In this document: positions 1 through 9,490 of the stretch, in pieces
How the letters are laid out: each line of letters begins with the position of its first letter
Numbering within the stretch: position 1 is the first letter of the stretch
Virus record (IMG/VR): IMGVR_UViG_3300043446_003463
Location: 1-46,228 of that record
DNA length: 46,228 nucleotides
Strand: one strand, 5' to 3'
DNA from: a virus
Lineage: Duplodnaviria > Caudoviricetes
Notes under the pieces: generated by a model
The model's input: only the letters and a program-made list of their open reading frames with translations
Database searches by the model: none
What the model was told of the DNA's origin: nothing
Made by a program: the position numbers and the translations under genes

Positions 1-588
1 GACGTTCGCGCCGGCCGTGCTCTGACTGACGTTTGCCACACCATCTAATCCAATGTCAAACAAGTATAGCGTAGAACAAGTCGAATTGGCACCCGCGGCT
101 AAGGTGTCACCAAATCCGATGAACGCTTGCACGTTTGAAACGCGAGCGCCGGTGTTCGCAATCGAGAGTACACTGACATACGTGTTCCCGATGACCGAGG
201 TTGCGTTACTCACATCCAGTACAAACTTCGCAACGGCATGTTCCTTTCCAACCTTTGCCGCAGCGGCGGACAATTTACTATACGCCCGCACCGCATACTG
301 ATATTCGCTATTTGCGGATGTTGCGGTGGCGTTCGTAATAAACTCCGCGGCGACTAGTGTGTTTGCGGTGGCGGTATTGGCGTTCACGTTTGCGGTCAAT
401 ACGCTCCGAAGCACTACTGCGGCCGGATAGGTCGAAGTCGTGACATACGAAATACCATTACCAAAGATATCACTCGCTGCAATCTTTTTGGTAATAGGCG
501 TTCCTGTCGGATCGTCTACGACCACAAAGAGATCGTCTGATGAAAGGGTCGTTAACTGTGTGAGTTCGGTAATCTTTTTATCTGCCAT
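1..588 (-). CDS. Virion structural/fibre-like protein, 5' part (runs off the window)
   Basis: Not in the ORF track. My translation from ATG at 588: MADKKITELTQLTTLSSDDLFVVVDDPTGTPITKKIAASDIF..., open to position 1. The N-terminus is typical of phage fibre/structural proteins; Ala/Thr/Asn-rich. Confidence 0.7.
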   Translation of the reverse strand, partial: MADKKITELTQLTTLSSDDLFVVVDDPTGTPITKKIAASDIFGNGISYVTTSTYPAAVVLRSVLTANVNANTATANTLVAAEFITNATATSANSEYQYAVRAYSKLSAAAAKVGKEHAVAKFVLDVSNATSVIGNTYVSVLSIANTGARVSNVQAFIGFGDTLAAGANSTCSTLYLFDIGLDGVANVSQSTAGANV

Positions 589-591
589 ATG

Positions 592-807
592 TCATCCGTT
601 ATTATCTAAAGTTGATACTTCTGGTTGAGTTTCAACACCTGCGAGAAGCACATCGCAGGCTTGAATGGCACCGCTCAATTGAGCCAACTGCCCTTGTATC
701 GAGACCAACTCTTCATTTAATTCTTGCGTTCGTCGTTGTAATGCCGCGAAAATTTCGGTCCACTGGGTTTTCCGCTGTTCAACTACAGTCACATCAATCC
801 TACTCAT
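592..807 (-). CDS. Small coiled-coil hypothetical protein
   Basis: MSRIDVTVVEQRKTQW...LQRRTQELNEELVSIQGQLAQLSGAIQACDVLL heptad pattern; GGAGG SD; CTAAATA at 828-834. Confidence 0.65.
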   Translation of the reverse strand: MSRIDVTVVEQRKTQWTEIFAALQRRTQELNEELVSIQGQLAQLSGAIQACDVLLAGVETQPEVSTLDNNG

Positions 808-848
808 TATAGAACCTCCATAGTAACTATTTAGCAACCATCCTAATC

Positions 849-1697
849 CTAAATATTCTTCTTCGCTTTTGCTTCTTCTTCCGCTTTCTGGACTTTAACT
901 TTTGTGTCAAATTTCAAATGCCGACGTGGATGAATCACCACAACGGACTTGTTGGTGTCCGTATCTTCGGGGACGCGCTCATTCGGGTCGATATCTCCGT
1001 CATTATCAGGCTCATCAATAGTCACGTAAGGGGTATCGTCGGTGCGTAACCACGACGAATCGTTAACTAACGTGCTCACAACTCGACTAACTTGTGCTTC
1101 ATCCGATTCCGTGAGTCGGCGTTTACGTCCCATATACATCTCCTTCAACGGACCCAAGCGGTCCTGAATGACCTTCATAAATCGTTTCGCGACCGCATCT
1201 TGTTGTGCGCCCGAAATTAGAATCTTCTTGAGATTAGTCAAATCCCCTTGTTGTGCGTATCGACGGGCCACGGTACCACTAACTTTTGAGGCGTCCATAG
1301 ATCCCGTTCGGGGCAAGGCTTCAACGCGCACCAGCGCCCGCTGCTTTGGATCTTCTGCTTTTTGCCACGACCCCGCCATCTTTTCAAACCCCGCTTCGCG
1401 GTCTTCTCCGACAAGTAGGGTAATCGTACGATACCCCTTGTCGAGTGCCCATGTGAGCGCCTCGGCGGGTGTGCGTACGGACGCGGGGCCCATAATCAAC
1501 CCAGGCACACTCCGACGAATCACCGACACTTTATCGTCATACGATAGTGGGTTTTTACGATCTTGTGTGTGAGAGACAAAGACGGCGACATCCGCGTTGT
1601 CGCGCCGCGCACGAGTCAGCGCATTCTTGAATAGGAGTTCGTGCCCAATCGTGGGGGGCTGAAACCGACCGAAGATGAGAAAAATAGCCTTTGCCAT
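849..1697 (-). CDS. Cytidylyltransferase-like (HxGH-type) nucleotidyltransferase
   Basis: FGRFQPPTIGHELL motif, KNPL, VGEDR, SGTVAR; family common in T4-like phages; acidic C-terminal extension. Confidence 0.8.
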   Translation of the reverse strand: MAKAIFLIFGRFQPPTIGHELLFKNALTRARRDNADVAVFVSHTQDRKNPLSYDDKVSVIRRSVPGLIMGPASVRTPAEALTWALDKGYRTITLLVGEDREAGFEKMAGSWQKAEDPKQRALVRVEALPRTGSMDASKVSGTVARRYAQQGDLTNLKKILISGAQQDAVAKRFMKVIQDRLGPLKEMYMGRKRRLTESDEAQVSRVVSTLVNDSSWLRTDDTPYVTIDEPDNDGDIDPNERVPEDTDTNKSVVVIHPRRHLKFDTKVKVQKAEEEAKAKKNI

Positions 1698-1701
1698 ATA
1701 A

Positions 1702-2316
1702 CTAATTTAGGTAATTCAATAATTGGTGTAGGCTACTCATGGACGACGTGTGATGAATCCCCAACCCACCCGCCATCTCCCATTCGCGAATATTCTTGGG
1801 AAAGTCATCGATGAGGACTGGAGCGGGGGATCCAATTGCCCGCTGCGCTTTCGCGTACTTTTGTTTATCTTCTCGTCGCACCACTAATACATTCTTCGCG
1901 GGGACATTCTGAAAAAATCGGGTAATCCAATTAATCTTATCTTGCGTACTAACCTTTCGCATGACCGGATCACGATACCATTCATCGGGAATTGCGGTAA
2001 GGATGGATAACTTGATTTGCTTTTTATCGCGCAATTTGACGAGTCCAGCAATTAACCCTTTAGCATCGGGGAGTAACGGGAGAGTCGCAAATAGATGCGG
2101 TTTCTTTTTGGCAATAATAGCCCAACCATTCTTATTGACGAGAAAATTATTGACCTGCGCAGGTGCGACACCAAAATCGCGTTGCATTCCTTCGTAAAAA
2201 TTGGCCAACACGCCGTCAACATCGCAAAAGACATGCGGGATTTTTCCATCCGGAAATGGGGATTCGCCCAAGAGGGACGGAAAAAGAATGTCGAGCGAGG
2301 GATGGTGGATAGACAT
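1702..2316 (-). CDS. HAD-family 5'(3')-deoxyribonucleotidase-like protein
   Basis: FCDVDGVLANF (DxD motif I), ILTA, K, LIDDFPKNIREW..AGG.GIHH. Confidence 0.8.
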   Translation of the reverse strand: MSIHHPSLDILFPSLLGESPFPDGKIPHVFCDVDGVLANFYEGMQRDFGVAPAQVNNFLVNKNGWAIIAKKKPHLFATLPLLPDAKGLIAGLVKLRDKKQIKLSILTAIPDEWYRDPVMRKVSTQDKINWITRFFQNVPAKNVLVVRREDKQKYAKAQRAIGSPAPVLIDDFPKNIREWEMAGGLGIHHTSSMSSLHQLLNYLN

Positions 2317-2333
2317 GTTATAGTATTTAGGAA

Positions 2334-3146
2334 TTACACTAACCGCACATCACGTTTTAACCGTGCATTCCGTTTTACGTACGAGGGAGGTCCTGGCAAA
2401 TCAAATGAGACGGGATTGATAATCTCGTCCCAATCTTTGACCTTCCGAAAAAACCGCTTTACCGAAGGATGCGACTCATCCCCGAGAAACGTTTCGTGGT
2501 AGTATTGTACCGCAGGGAGTCGCCCCCCTTTATTACGAAATTCTTCTTTAATGGCGCGGGTCGTTAGGGGTGTGCGCGGATTCAAATAATACCATTCTTC
2601 GACGCAATCATGTGCATAGGCCTCTACTTCGTCCATATCGCCCAAATACGTTTGGGTTTGTAACACTCGCTTAGGTAAATTTGGCAACGCATGGGGTCGA
2701 AATATTAAGACGTTATCCAGTCGCCGTCCATTTTCAAATTGTGCCCGATGCACCAGTTCATGCGAAAGGCACTTCAAAAATCGATACTTGAAGTATTCCC
2801 ACGACTCTTTCGATAACTCTAGTCGGTTGGTACTCGGATGAATACACAAGATGATTTTAATTCGTGCTGGTTTTTTGGGTGTCGATTCATAGCAGTACCC
2901 ACCGATCGCGGGGTAGTATTGCCCATTATTTTCGACGGACGAACCAAACCGCTTTGTGATTTCTCGAACCACACGCACACGAGTCCCCTTTAATTGCTGG
3001 TTTAAGGTATCAATAAACGTCTTTACGTTGATAGACCGTCCATTCGTTATGGTACGCGTAATTACCGTGTCAAACACAGCGGTGACAATTGGATATAGTT
3101 CTTGCAAATTGCGGGACAATGACTGGTTTAAGATTTGAAGATTCAC
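2334..3146 (-). CDS. Hypothetical protein with HExxH zinc-metallopeptidase-like motif
   Basis: LSHELVHRAQ and downstream DEVEAYAH; GTG start with AGGAGG SD and CTAAATA at 3160-3166. Confidence 0.6.
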   Translation of the reverse strand: MNLQILNQSLSRNLQELYPIVTAVFDTVITRTITNGRSINVKTFIDTLNQQLKGTRVRVVREITKRFGSSVENNGQYYPAIGGYCYESTPKKPARIKIILCIHPSTNRLELSKESWEYFKYRFLKCLSHELVHRAQFENGRRLDNVLIFRPHALPNLPKRVLQTQTYLGDMDEVEAYAHDCVEEWYYLNPRTPLTTRAIKEEFRNKGGRLPAVQYYHETFLGDESHPSVKRFFRKVKDWDEIINPVSFDLPGPPSYVKRNARLKRDVRLV

Positions 3147-3204
3147 AATAGTAGCCTCCTATTTAGACCTTCACGTCCTATACCATAATGCGGTTCTTTT
3201 ATAT

Positions 3205-4677
3205 TTAGAACGTAATTTTTGTTTTATTACTGCCCTTTAAGGAAGACCGCAAATTTCCCCGTGAAAGTTCGGTGGTATCAGGAACATATGCCGTTGGCTG
3301 ACGAGACCCACTCGACGGTTTCATCTTTTTGCCACCCGACTTCTGTCGCGATTCCCCCGACTCAGGGGTTGGAATAGGATCAGAAAGATATTGTTGATAC
3401 TCGTCGTTGGAAAGCCGCATTTTGCTGCGGTCCACTTTAATGGTAAAGCGTCGATACTTAGAAGTATCCGCATACCGATTCTTCAACTGCTTGACCATTA
3501 GCAGACCATCTTGTTCCAGTTCTTCACTGGTGACCAACGCCACCTGTAAGTCTGCCGTTTGCGGCAAGCCAAACGATTCGCTGGTATTGGTCAACGACGG
3601 GTCGCTATTGTCAAATCCTTCTCGATTGAACTGAGTGGCCGTGAGACACGGAAGATTGTATTCGACCGCCAGCCCACGTAGTTCTTCCGCAATCGATTTC
3701 ACGTAGGTATAGGAGTTGGTCTGACCACCCGCCTTGAAGCGCACAGACGAACAGATATTGATATAATCCACAATGAGCAAGTCTGGAACGAACGACTTCT
3801 TGAGCGCGAGTTCATCCAGTAGCACACGGAAGTGACCCACGTTACCACCGCTCGTGGGGTATTCCTTGATAATCAATTTGCCAAACGCTTGGCGCTGATG
3901 GAGTTTCGCAAACGCGGACTCATACATCGACTTGGGCATCTGCTCCAACGTATCCATCGTCACATCAAGCAGATTCGCGTCGATACGCTGGGCGATGCGT
4001 TCTTCCGCCATTTCCATTGTTACATACAGCACTCGTTTCCCCTGCGCAATCGTGGCTGCGGCCACATGACACAGAAACAGCGACTTTCCGACGTTTGTGC
4101 CGGCAACAATAACGTTCAAGGTCTTGGGCGTCAACCCACCACCTGTAATCTTATTAAACAAATCGAGGTCAAACGGAATGCGCGTCTGTTCCTGATGATA
4201 CAGGTCATACCGACTGAGAATATCTTCGAAGTAATCATGCCCGATATGAGTACGAAACCCGACCGAGAGCGCATCTTTGAGCAGCGCCGGCACGGCGGCC
4301 GCTGAGGCAAAATCTTTATCAATCAGCGTAATCGATTCAGAAATGGCGAGATACAGCGCCCGCTGCTTACAGAACTCTTCCGTCTGATCAATCAACCACT
4401 GCCGACGACCACTATCGATACGAGCAATCGCCGCAACATCAGTCAGTAATGTAGACACATCGGTATACGCTCCACCAGACAGCGAGGCTTGGTCGAGGGA
4501 GAGTTTCAATGCGTCGATGGTGGGTGAGACCTTATATGACGATACAAACCCGTGAATCAAATCGTAGAGGGTTTGGGTGGGAGTGCTAGCGAAATACTCC
4601 TTCTTCAAAAACGGCAACACACGCCGGGTGTACTCTTCATCACGAATCAGATGTGCCAGAATCAATGGCTCGATCAT
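3205..4677 (-). CDS. gp41: Replicative DNA helicase (T4 gp41/DnaB family)
   Basis: Walker A AGTNVGKS, YVTMEMAEERIAQRIDAN, IIKEYPT, IVDYINI, TATQFNR, SESFGLPQTAD, KQLKNRY. Confidence 0.95.
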   Translation of the reverse strand: MIEPLILAHLIRDEEYTRRVLPFLKKEYFASTPTQTLYDLIHGFVSSYKVSPTIDALKLSLDQASLSGGAYTDVSTLLTDVAAIARIDSGRRQWLIDQTEEFCKQRALYLAISESITLIDKDFASAAAVPALLKDALSVGFRTHIGHDYFEDILSRYDLYHQEQTRIPFDLDLFNKITGGGLTPKTLNVIVAGTNVGKSLFLCHVAAATIAQGKRVLYVTMEMAEERIAQRIDANLLDVTMDTLEQMPKSMYESAFAKLHQRQAFGKLIIKEYPTSGGNVGHFRVLLDELALKKSFVPDLLIVDYINICSSVRFKAGGQTNSYTYVKSIAEELRGLAVEYNLPCLTATQFNREGFDNSDPSLTNTSESFGLPQTADLQVALVTSEELEQDGLLMVKQLKNRYADTSKYRRFTIKVDRSKMRLSNDEYQQYLSDPIPTPESGESRQKSGGKKMKPSSGSRQPTAYVPDTTELSRGNLRSSLKGSNKTKITF

Positions 4678-4846
4678 TCAATAACTCCTTGTGTGGGATG
4701 CGGGTCATGGTGGCTGTGCCCCATCGTTCTCCCCGCACCCACTCAATTACTTCGTCAACCAACACAATTCGCAAGTGCGTGACGTTGTTGCCCCACATAA
4801 TATCTTCAACCCACGAACGGCACGTCGCCAATTCACTCGGTCTCAT
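4640..4846 (-). CDS. Possible small hypothetical protein between uvsX-C and gp41
   Basis: ORF MRPSELATCRSWVEDIMWG... fills the gap and overlaps both neighbours; no motif. Confidence 0.3.
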   Translation of the reverse strand: MRPSELATCRSWVEDIMWGNNVTHLRIVLVDEVIEWVRGERWGTATMTRIPHKELLNDRAIDSGTSDS

Positions 4847-5390
4847 CGTCCAGTGTATCCGTGGTGGGTGCGGTGATTCCAATTCCTGCGCCATAACTAA
4901 ACTGCGCCCGCACATACTTCTCGTTCAGTTCGTTTAGGAAATCATCCGTGAAGAACTTCTCCGGTGCTTCTTGAATCTTTCCCATAAAGACGGGTTTCTG
5001 ATTGGGGAAGGTATATTTACCGCCGCTGTGTTCCACCATACCCGCATCAACCGCCATATCCAGCAGCCCATAATACTTGTCGAGCCCGCCCGAGTACGAG
5101 ATGCGCACTTCGACTTCGCTGTTCTCTCGCGACAACCGTGACTTGAACATCTTCGCGGTGACGATACTCCCAATGATATTCTTGTCCTTGTCACGATCCT
5201 TCGACTTCGACAGCATCGCAATGGAGTCGCTGACGTAAATCAGACCAGACCCACCGCTCATCGCCTTGGTGGGCACGTACGAGTTGTGCGTCACTACCCC
5301 GTTGTCCAACATATAATGATGCACATCTTTAACTGTAAAATCATAGACAGTTGTTGGGGCGTCGTTCTTTGTAATCTTGGCAATCTTCAT
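4833..5390 (-). CDS. uvsX: UvsX recombinase C-terminal part fused to split-intein IntC (first 36 aa, 5283-5390)
   Basis: MKIAKITKNDAPTTVYDFTVKDVHHYMLDNGVVTHN|SYVPTKAMSGGSGLIY...KSRLSREN...GLDKYYGLL; blocks F/G, terminal His-Asn, Ser+1; GAAAGGA SD. Confidence 0.93.
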   Translation of the reverse strand: MKIAKITKNDAPTTVYDFTVKDVHHYMLDNGVVTHNSYVPTKAMSGGSGLIYVSDSIAMLSKSKDRDKDKNIIGSIVTAKMFKSRLSRENSEVEVRISYSGGLDKYYGLLDMAVDAGMVEHSGGKYTFPNQKPVFMGKIQEAPEKFFTDDFLNELNEKYVRAQFSYGAGIGITAPTTDTLDDETE

Positions 5391-5451
5391 ATCATGTCCT
5401 TTCGTGAAAACTCAACAAATCATATATATAGAGAGATAGGTAAACGTTTTT

Positions 5452-6111
5452 ATGAAGCACAAGCATCATATTATACCACGGCACATGGGTGGCACAGACG
5501 ATCCGGCCAATCTTGTAGAACTGACCGTATTGGAACACGCGGATGCTCATCGCGTCTTATACGAGCAATACGGAAAAATTCAAGACAAAATCGCCTGGCT
5601 AATGCTATCAGGCAAAACCACTGAAGCCGAGAAATTGCGTATCGCGCTTGCAATCGACGCATTTCAAAAATTTGTGAAAGACCCCATTCGTAGTGAATCG
5701 TGGCGTCAAAAAATTTCTGAAAGTCTGCGCGGAAAACAGCATAGCGACGAAACCAAAAAGAAACGCTCGGAATCGTTACGAGACGCATATAAAAACAACC
5801 CCGAATTACGACAGCGACGTTCAATCGCTTCAGCACAACGCGCCGATCAATATCGCGAACGAATGAAAAATGGTCTCGCCGAAAAAATGTCGGCGGCGAG
5901 AAAAGCATCTGAGACGTGGCAAGCGGCCGTTCGTAGCCCTGAATGTCGTCAGAAAAAATCATTATCGGATCCTCGCCGCCGAGCAGTGATTGTTGAAGGG
6001 CATCTGTATCATGGATTGCGAGAAGCGGCTCGTCAAACAGGATACACCTACAACAAATTACGCTGGCACCTCGTCCATAACACCAACCCGGATTTCATCC
6101 GTTACGCTTAG
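5452..6111 (+). mobile_element. Free-standing HNH homing endonuclease gene (NUMOD-type DNA-binding repeats)
   Basis: HKHHIIPRHMGGTDDPANLVELTVLEHADAH HNH core; GKQHSDETKKKRSESL NUMOD3-like; C-terminal YHGLREAARQTG HTH; inserted antisense between the intein halves. Confidence 0.88.
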
Positions 6112-6963
6112 TTCATCAGCACGACGCCACCGACCATCGGTTGTCATAAACTTATGATTTGGGGTGGCCTGAACAATAGTGCCATCTTCAAATTCAATAT
6201 CATAGGTTTCATTCACATCATACTGATACAGGTCAGTGACTGGATGTGGCCCGTTGAGTGTTTGAACCATATCACCAACGGCAATATCCGTAATGTTCTT
6301 AACAGACCCATCTGACATAATGACATGTGCGGAATCTGACAGGCATCCGATGACATTATACACATGGTTCGTCGCAATCATCGGCACATTGAGTTTCGAC
6401 AGACGCAGCCGCAGCACACGGAAGGTGCCGCGAATCAGACCCGCCTTGGTCATGTCTCGCGTGTCCTTCTCCGAACGGATGTCTTCGACTTCCTTGGCGC
6501 TCGATAGATTGCCAAGCGAGTCGAGCACCATCAGCATCGGCTGACGACCCTTCTTCGGAGTCTCATCATAGCGGTCAAGAATCTGTAATGCCGTCTGCCG
6601 AAACTGCTCAATTGTTTCGGGCTCTGACTTGACGAGACGGGTAAGGTCAATCCCGCGCTCAGAGAGCATCTGGTTCGTGACTGCGCTTTCTGTGTCGAAG
6701 TAAATCACGCCGCCATCAGGATTATCTTCCATCCACTGTTTGACGACGCCCAAGACGAAGAAGGTTTTACCCGTTGCCGGGTCACCTGCGAATACGGTAA
6801 TCTTATTGTTCGGCATACCTCCAAACAACGACCCACTCAACGCCGCATTGAGGGCATAACTTCCCGTATTAATATACCCATCAAACTCAGACGAACTCAG
6901 TCCATCGGCGGCGACGGTAGTCATAGCGGGAAGGTCTTTAATCAGTGTGCGGAAAAATGACAT
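6058..6963 (-). CDS. uvsX: UvsX recombinase N-terminal part fused to split-intein IntN (last 95 aa, 6061-6345)
   Basis: Walker A GDPATGKT, YFDTESA, VLDSLGNL, DMTKA, NHVYNVIG|CLSDSAHVIMSDG (block A Cys1)...ATPNHKF (block B TxxH). Confidence 0.95.
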   Translation of the reverse strand: MSFFRTLIKDLPAMTTVAADGLSSSEFDGYINTGSYALNAALSGSLFGGMPNNKITVFAGDPATGKTFFVLGVVKQWMEDNPDGGVIYFDTESAVTNQMLSERGIDLTRLVKSEPETIEQFRQTALQILDRYDETPKKGRQPMLMVLDSLGNLSSAKEVEDIRSEKDTRDMTKAGLIRGTFRVLRLRLSKLNVPMIATNHVYNVIGCLSDSAHVIMSDGSVKNITDIAVGDMVQTLNGPHPVTDLYQYDVNETYDIEFEDGTIVQATPNHKFMTTDGRWRRADELSVTDEIRVGVMDEVPA

Positions 6964-6985
6964 AATGAAGGCTCCTTGAATGAAT

Positions 6986-7020
6986 AGTATATCACAACTT
7001 CCCGTACGGGAAATTGTGAT
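6986..7020 (-). promoter_or_regulatory. uvsX extended -10 promoter (TGaTATACT) overlapped by a 30-bp palindrome
   Basis: TATACT at 6986-6991 (minus); ATCACAACTTCCCGTACGGGAAATTGTGAT at 6991-7020 is self-complementary except one pair. Confidence 0.6.
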
Positions 7021-7092
7021 GACAGTAGGTTCAGATTAATAAAAATATTCCCGATCGGGTATGTTAGACAGCATCATGTTCTCCGTATTGTA

Positions 7093-8004
7093 TCACGACA
7101 ATGGAAGCGCAACAGATTCAATTCTTTGCTGGGCCAATACCGCATACTCAGGGTTCAATTCCACCCCGATACCATTACGACTAAGTTGTTTCGCGACGGC
7201 CAAGGTGGTGCCGGATCCCAAGAACGGATCGAGCACAGTATCTCCAGGCGCACTCCCTGCGAGAATACATGGCTCGACGAGGGCGGGTGGGAACGTCGCA
7301 AAATGTGCCCCCTTATAATTCGATGGAGAAATTGTCCAAACCGATCGCTTATTGGCAGTTGGATAAGATTTCGTTAAGCCTGAATGTGGCTGTAACCCAC
7401 TACCCTCATTGTGATACTTCCCGTTGCTTCGGTCTCGCGTACCCCAATCCTGTTTGGCGGGAGTCTTAATCGCCTCCGCATTAAAATAATACGTACGAGA
7501 TTTAGTGAGTAGAAAGAGATACTCGTGATTTTTAGTACACCGATCCTTCACACTCTCAGGCATACAGGTGGTCTTGTGCCAAATAATGTCTTGGCGCAAA
7601 TACCAGCCGTCTCTGCGTAACGCAAACGCCAGCATCCACGGAATGCCAATCAGGTCTTTCGGCTTCATCCCATCAGGAATAATACCCCCGTGCGTGGGCC
7701 CCACATTGCGATGGATTTCTCCCTTACCGATATTGCCTTCGGGGCCTTTACCACTGCCTGCATAGGAATCGCCAATGTTCACCCAGAGAGTACCGTCAGG
7801 TGTGAGCACTCGCCGCACTTCGCGAAAGACACCGACGAGCGTATCTATAAACGCATCGGGGTCGCGTTCTAGCCCAATCTGTTCAGACATGCCATAGTCA
7901 CGCAATCCAAAATACGGCGGACTTGTCACACAACAGCGCACAGTATTATCAGGAATGGTCGCCAACTGCGACCGTACATCACCCTGTAAAATGGTGTGAG
8001 TCAT
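7093..8004 (-). CDS. DNA methyltransferase, beta class (N4-C/N6-A)
   Basis: VTSPPYFGLRDY (motif IV) near the N-terminus, HFATFP and DPFLGSGTT (motif I) near the C-terminus; start placed 6 nt after TATACT. Confidence 0.92.
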   Translation of the reverse strand: MTHTILQGDVRSQLATIPDNTVRCCVTSPPYFGLRDYGMSEQIGLERDPDAFIDTLVGVFREVRRVLTPDGTLWVNIGDSYAGSGKGPEGNIGKGEIHRNVGPTHGGIIPDGMKPKDLIGIPWMLAFALRRDGWYLRQDIIWHKTTCMPESVKDRCTKNHEYLFLLTKSRTYYFNAEAIKTPAKQDWGTRDRSNGKYHNEGSGLQPHSGLTKSYPTANKRSVWTISPSNYKGAHFATFPPALVEPCILAGSAPGDTVLDPFLGSGTTLAVAKQLSRNGIGVELNPEYAVLAQQRIESVALPLS

Positions 8005-8021
8005 CGTCATAGTATAGCACA

Positions 8022-8900
8022 CTAAAATAATGCCGGCGCCAGACGTTCGGCATTAGTATCTAATCGGTCTTGTGCTAATTTCACATATTCAGGATTCAGT
8101 TCAATGCCAATATAGTTCCGACGTTCATTCTGTGCCGCAATACCTGTCGTCGCAGCGCCGTTGAACGGATCAAGAATCGTATCGCCTTGGTTGCTTCCCG
8201 CTTTGATACATAGCGTCGGGAGTTCTAACGGGAACGTCGCAAAGTGCGCGCCTTCAAAACTTTGTGTCGCAATTTTCCAGACCGACCGACGATTACGAAC
8301 GCCACGTTCTAGGACACCCTTTGCGGCACGGGTGAGCAATTCCATCGGGGATTGGACGCCTTCCGTATGCTTGTGCTTCGTGGGGTCGAACTGTTCGTTG
8401 GTATCGACCGCGTGTTGATACCGTTTCTTCGAACTCTCCGCAATCGGTTCCGCAATCGCATCCCCATTGAACAAATACTTCGGAGACTTCGAGAGCAGGA
8501 AGATGTATTCATGCGCTTTCGTACAACGGTCTTTCACCGACTCGGGCATTGGATTGGGTTTGTGCCAGATAATGTCTTGACGCAGATACCAGCCGTCCTC
8601 TTGCAGTGCGAAGGCGACCCGCCAAGGGATGCCTTGCAGTTGTTTCGCAATAATCGTATCCCCAAGATTAAGAAATAATGTCCCGTCATCTTTTAACACA
8701 CGACGAACCTCACGAAACACTTTCACGAGTTCCGCGACGAACTCCTGCGGACTCGGTTCTACGCCGATTTGCTCCGACATGCCATAATTGCGCAGTCCAA
8801 AATACGGCGGACTCGTCACACAGCACTGTATTGAGTTGTCGGGAAGTGTGGGGAGGATATCGCGAGTATCTCCAGTGAAAATTTTATATCGGTCGGTCAT
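8022..8900 (-). CDS. DNA methyltransferase, beta class (N4-C/N6-A), tandem paralog
   Basis: VTSPPYFGLRNY, GWYLRQDIIWHK, HFATFP, DPFNGAATT. Confidence 0.92.
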   Translation of the reverse strand: MTDRYKIFTGDTRDILPTLPDNSIQCCVTSPPYFGLRNYGMSEQIGVEPSPQEFVAELVKVFREVRRVLKDDGTLFLNLGDTIIAKQLQGIPWRVAFALQEDGWYLRQDIIWHKPNPMPESVKDRCTKAHEYIFLLSKSPKYLFNGDAIAEPIAESSKKRYQHAVDTNEQFDPTKHKHTEGVQSPMELLTRAAKGVLERGVRNRRSVWKIATQSFEGAHFATFPLELPTLCIKAGSNQGDTILDPFNGAATTGIAAQNERRNYIGIELNPEYVKLAQDRLDTNAERLAPALF

Positions 8901-8911
8901 GGAATATTAGC

Positions 8912-9475
8912 CTATTCAAACTGAGTATTAAAACTCAACGTGATTCGTAACTCCGATGCGTTTGCCGGCACATAATGTTGTAACCAACTCGGAAAGAGCA
9001 CCAGTTTACCGGTCTTTGACTCGACATGATGCGCATTTTCTGAATAGGGAGTATACGTCGCAAATCGGGTTGAATCCATCATACGATACCCATCCAACGG
9101 GCTGACAAAAATCAACGGCGCACTATTTGGAAGGACATGTGGGTAGTACGCGCCACTCACGATACTATCATGATGACGATGAATATCTACAGCCCCGCTA
9201 GTATGTAAAATATTTACCCAACTTGCCGCAATACGATTCGTGCGTAAACCAAGCTGTCGTGAATACTCATTCACACATTGCTGGAATACTTGATATAACG
9301 GGCCTAACTCCGGAAGATCGGCGGGATTTTTTGCCCCACGAATCCCACGCACTGCCGTATTGGTTGAGGCTTGCATGCCGAGAAGTGCGTTTGTAATTGT
9401 GGAATTGACAAACGGCGACAAATCAAATTCCATAATCGGGGTCGCGAACAGCCATCGCATTGTATGAGAGTCCAT
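8912..9475 (-). CDS. Putative 2OG-Fe(II) oxygenase (phage TIGR02466-like)
   Basis: LFATPI, SWVN, HRHHDSIVSGAYY, LVLFPSWLQHYV, RITLSFN. Confidence 0.8.
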   Translation of the reverse strand: MDSHTMRWLFATPIMEFDLSPFVNSTITNALLGMQASTNTAVRGIRGAKNPADLPELGPLYQVFQQCVNEYSRQLGLRTNRIAASWVNILHTSGAVDIHRHHDSIVSGAYYPHVLPNSAPLIFVSPLDGYRMMDSTRFATYTPYSENAHHVESKTGKLVLFPSWLQHYVPANASELRITLSFNTQFE

Positions 9476-9490
9476 CGTATTTACTCCATG

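Noticed and set aside
5391-6111. Group I intron or frameshifted contiguous intein in uvsX
   Set aside because: Both halves have proper intein termini, IntC has its own SD and ATG, the endonuclease is antisense, and no intron core was seen.
7093-8900. Complete type II R-M system
   Set aside because: No adjacent endonuclease; the candidate nucleases are 35 kb away and any link is unproven.
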